Assembly (NCBI GenBank): GCA_963780185.1 | Contig: CAWABA010000006.1 | Span: 704,001 to 768,000, forward strand | Direction of reading: 5' to 3' | Origin: Candidatus Bathyarchaeota archaeon | Lineage (GTDB): Archaea > Thermoproteota > Bathyarchaeia > Bathyarchaeales > Bathycorpusculaceae | Length of the DNA stretch: 64,000 nt | Shown: one piece after another, positions 60,700-64,000 of the stretch | Numbering within the stretch: position 1 is the first letter of the stretch | Layout: each line of letters begins with the position of its first letter | Translations under genes and position numbers: made by a program | The notes under the pieces: generated by a model | What the model was told of the DNA's origin: nothing | Database searches by the model: none | The model's input: the letters and a program-made list of their open reading frames with translations, nothing else

Positions 60700-62247
60700 A
60701 TGAGTTTTGCCCGCACGCAAACCAAGGCGGAGACCACCCCTCAAAAAGTTGGGGGCACCTCTTCTCAAACTAGAAAAGAAGGGATCACGCGTTCAAACGA
60801 CGCTGTGTCTAACATCTTGAAACTTCAAGAAACGGTAGGTAACAGAGCCGTTTCGGAACTGCTTGCATCCAGCCTTATTCAAGCTAAACTGAATGTTAGC
60901 TCATCAAATGATCCGTGCGAAATGGAAGCTGACCGACTTGCAGACGAGGCGATGACAATGACCCCGTCTAGCCTTCAGCATCGGCAAAACGAACTTATTC
61001 AAACCAAGAGCTCTAAGCCGATAACTTCAACTGCAATGCACCAAACAAAAAGCTCAGACGAAGCCAGCAATAATGTTCTCGAATCTGAAGGAATTACTAG
61101 AGAAGCTTTTGGCAAGAGCGACGGTCAACCTATGGAATCTGGGTTACGATCTGAAATGGAAGCTTACTTCCTGCAGGACTTCAGCAATGTGCGCATTCAC
61201 GCCGACGCCAATGCGAATGAGCTATCTGAAAAACTTCACGCTGACGCCTTAACTTTCGGAGGAAACATTTTCTTGCGGTCAGGCATGAACGCTCCGAATT
61301 CGCAGCAAGGCAAAAAACTTTTGATTCATGAGTTAACCCACGTCGTTCAGCAGCAGTCTCCAAGCCAGATTTCTGGTGTTCCAGACATTCTCCGTCAGGA
61401 GTCTGAGCCGAAGGAAACACCTGCAGAAACTGAGCAGCCTGTGTCTGAGGAAGGCGAGGTGACCGCTCAAAACAAAGACACATTCTTTATCCTTTGGAAC
61501 TTCAAGAATAACAGTGCCGAATTAAATTCAGCGTTCAAGACCGCGATGAACCAAATTGTCCAAATCGCGAAAGTAAATGCCCCCGGTTCAACCGTGGAGA
61601 TCCATGGTCACGCAAGCCGAACTGGCCCAGAGGAACTTAACGATAGACTATCGGAAATGCGGGCAAACGCTGTCGCACAGTACATGCTTTCGCAGGGGTT
61701 ACCGTCCACTCAGATCATTGATCTCCAAGGCTTCGGATACAACAAACCTGTAGCAGATAACAAGACCCCGTTGGGACAAAGCAAGAATCGAAGAGTAGAA
61801 GTCAAAATCAACCTTAAGAGCCCCGAGCCCCCTGAACCTACTGTAACAGAATCAACTTCGCCGAAAAAGGAGCAGCCAGCAATAAAACCTGATTATTCAA
61901 TTCCAAAGCCGGAAGAAGAACGCGAATGCAGAGGCGTCTCTTGCAAAGCATTCAACTGGATCAAACAGCATTGGTTCCCGGTTATATCCGAAGAAGACGT
62001 GAAAGCTGCAATAAAAATGGAAAAAGATTTTCTTTACCGAACAAAGTATGATGTCGATTACAGCGCAGCGTTCACGAAGAGGAGGGATAAGACGCAAGCT
62101 GACCTTCTCATGTTAGATCAAAATGTTGAAGCTGACGCAAGAAGAAGAATATTCAAGTTTATAACTGATAACGACCCATCCTTCGGGCGAATGTTAGGTC
62201 AAGCAAATCCCGTTGAGAAAATGGTGCCAAGCAACTACGCGAGATAG
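60700..62247 (+). CDS. DUF4157 (eCIS core) + OmpA-C-like domain protein, candidate cargo/effector
   Basis: LQ.TVGNRAV, IQAKL.V...DP.E.EAD, DFSNVRIH, A.ALTFG..I.L, LL.HELTHVVQQ (HExxH); then IHGHAS...N.RLS..RA.AV, G.G...P..N.T..G..NRRVEV. Confidence 0.88.
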   Translation: MSFARTQTKAETTPQKVGGTSSQTRKEGITRSNDAVSNILKLQETVGNRAVSELLASSLIQAKLNVSSSNDPCEMEADRLADEAMTMTPSSLQHRQNELIQTKSSKPITSTAMHQTKSSDEASNNVLESEGITREAFGKSDGQPMESGLRSEMEAYFLQDFSNVRIHADANANELSEKLHADALTFGGNIFLRSGMNAPNSQQGKKLLIHELTHVVQQQSPSQISGVPDILRQESEPKETPAETEQPVSEEGEVTAQNKDTFFILWNFKNNSAELNSAFKTAMNQIVQIAKVNAPGSTVEIHGHASRTGPEELNDRLSEMRANAVAQYMLSQGLPSTQIIDLQGFGYNKPVADNKTPLGQSKNRRVEVKINLKSPEPPEPTVTESTSPKKEQPAIKPDYSIPKPEEERECRGVSCKAFNWIKQHWFPVISEEDVKAAIKMEKDFLYRTKYDVDYSAAFTKRRDKTQADLLMLDQNVEADARRRIFKFITDNDPSFGRMLGQANPVEKMVPSNYAR

Positions 62248-62297
62248 GGCACGCAATTCCCTGCGGAAAAGTCTTCTTTGAAAAGGCTAGGTACACG

Positions 62298-64000
62298 CTA
62301 TTTCGTGAGGCTAAGGTTCCTGCCTAATTCTTCTTTCCCAAACACTTTCCCTATTTTCTGGTATTCCCTTTTCGCAGCCTTAACCAAATGCGCCATTTCC
62401 ACGTTCCCGCCGTCTTCAGCTGCAAGAAAAGCCGCTGTCAAAGTTATGTTTTTTATGTTTCCGCCGCTAATTTGCAGTTTTGATAAAGACTCAAAATCTA
62501 TCTTGCCCAGCGGCGCCATTTTGGGGAATATTTTTTTCCAGATTTCAAGTCGATAAGCATCGTTTGGAAACGGAAATTCAACTATGAAGTTCATGCGTCG
62601 AATGAAGGCTTCATCCATGTTTTTCTGCATGTTGCTGGCGAGGACGACGATGCCTTCATGCTCCTCCATTTTTTGCAGCAGATAATTGATTTCGATGTTT
62701 GCGTATCGGTCGTGGGCATCTTTGACTTCACTTCGTTTCCCAAACAGGGCATCTGCCTCGTCGAAAAACAAGACGGCGTTGGTGTCTTCTGCATCTTTGA
62801 AGATTCGATTAAGGTTCTTCTCGGTTTCGCCGATATATTTGCTCACGACCATTGACAGGTCAATTTTGTACATGTCTAACCCGAGTTCGCCCGCGATAAT
62901 TTCTGCCGCCATCGTTTTCCCTGTTCCAGACGGACCTGAAAAAAGAACGTTTAAGCCTCTGCTTCTGCTGTGCTTGTCGAAGCCCCACGATTCGTAGATT
63001 GTCGGATAGTTTTTGACGTAGTTGCAGACTTCACGGAGTTGGTCTTTCTTGTCAGGCAGCAAAACAATGTCGTCCCATTTGTAAAGCGGCGAAAGCTTCA
63101 TTGCGAAAGAAACGGGGTTTAGCTGCGCTCGGCAGCCTGCATAAATGTCTTCAAGCGTCATTCTGGGCGAGGCTGGGGTCACGCAGCAAAGCGGCGCTTT
63201 TAGCTGCCTCAACTGCCGCCTCGGCTTTGTCTCGTCCGAACTTGAATTTGACCGCGACATCCCCAATTCCCACCACGTCACCTGCCAGCGTCTGCCACAT
63301 TTTAAGCCGATCCAAATATTTTGCCCGCGGAACAGAAACCGTAACTGTGTGTCTGCTCAGAACCATCGGGGCCTTACTCGCGACAAATGTTAACCCGTCA
63401 AACAACTCAAGCTCCTCTAACACGGCTCTTTTCACGTCTTCCCCTGCGGAGTCTAACTTGTCAAAGTACGCAGCTGCGTGCTGCAGCTTGGCTTCCCTGA
63501 AGAAAAGCCTCAAAAGTGCTGGCAGGTTTTCACCTTTTGTCTTATCCAAATCTGCGAATATAATAGGCTTCTTGGCTTGGTGGCAGATGGCTTGGGCGAA
63601 TTCCTGCAGTTCAAAACTGCCCTGCAGCTGAATGACAGGTTCAGGGGTTTTAAGCGATGAGGAAAACGCCTGTAACTGTTGTTTAAGCGGGTCGGGTATT
63701 GCCAGAGTTTCGAACCCGTTTTCGGGATACTTCAGCGTTGCGAATGATGCCACGTGAGCGTCGGGTTCGTCGTAGCCGAGTAGGAAACTGATGATGCGGT
63801 CGTCAAGCTTGAGGGTTTTCTCCAGAAGCGGGAGGTCGCCTTCCTGCAGATGAAAAATCAAGTTCCCGATCAATGGCGCTTTGTAGCTGAAATGTTGCCT
63901 TGCCGCAATCTGGTCTTCTTTATCTTTAAAAAACAAGTTGACAATTAAGCCGACTGTGGCGTGTTTTTTTGTGATGTCGTCTTGAAGGTACGCGAAAAGC
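62298..64000 (-). CDS. eCIS AAA+ ATPase (Afp15/Pvc15-like), frameshift near 63165, 5' truncated by window
   Basis: LFSGPSGTGKT, IDLS.VVSKYIGETEKNL, LFFDEADALFGKRSEVKDAHDRYAN; N-terminal YLQDDITKK..TVGL. Confidence 0.92.

Larger units (their letters stand above)
56187..64000. other. Extracellular contractile injection system (eCIS) locus, partial
   Basis: Sheath, tube, chaperone pair, DUF4255, AAA ATPase and DUF4157 are co-located; no capsid, terminase or integrase in view. Confidence 0.9.

Noticed and set aside
476-63660. Numerous short antisense or overlapping ORFs in the six-frame track
   Set aside because: They are shadows of well-supported genes with no motifs of their own.
56187-64000. 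Prophage interpretation of the tail genes
   Set aside because: No capsid, terminase, portal or integrase is in view, while DUF4255, DUF4157 and the Afp15-like ATPase point to eCIS.

Overview
This 64 kb window comes from an archaeal chromosome. eL13 plus eL15, archaeal RNase P proteins, a tRNA with a non-canonical intron and the overall gene content suggest a TACK lineage, most plausibly Bathyarchaeia (inference). From left to right it holds: the end of an arsenic-resistance operon (acr3, two arsC); an eL15/eL13/RNase P cluster; a homocitrate/isopropylmalate-synthase-like gene; vapBC; a por operon; two dispersed paralogous Grs/Gms-like radical SAM genes; and tRNA-Asn. A potassium/cation island follows (P-II ATPase, kdpABC, APC permease, stand-alone Lrp domains), with a shared 28-bp promoter motif upstream of three unannotated 31-36 aa ORFs. 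Next come pit/DUF47 and a two-intron tRNA-Trp serving as an integration site for an Mrr-nuclease-NACHT-pentapeptide-WD40 (NLR/Avs-like) defence gene. A 56-bp cis element occurs three times, with locus-specific 13-bp-period repeats, tied to small RHH-like genes. ABC transporters and a pst/phoU cluster follow. At the right edge is part of an extracellular contractile injection system (eCIS): sheath, tube, chaperones, DUF4255 cap, AAA ATPase and a divergent DUF4157-OmpA-like protein. About ten genes carry 1-2 nt frameshifts, which look like assembly errors. All family assignments come from motif recognition by eye, not database searches.
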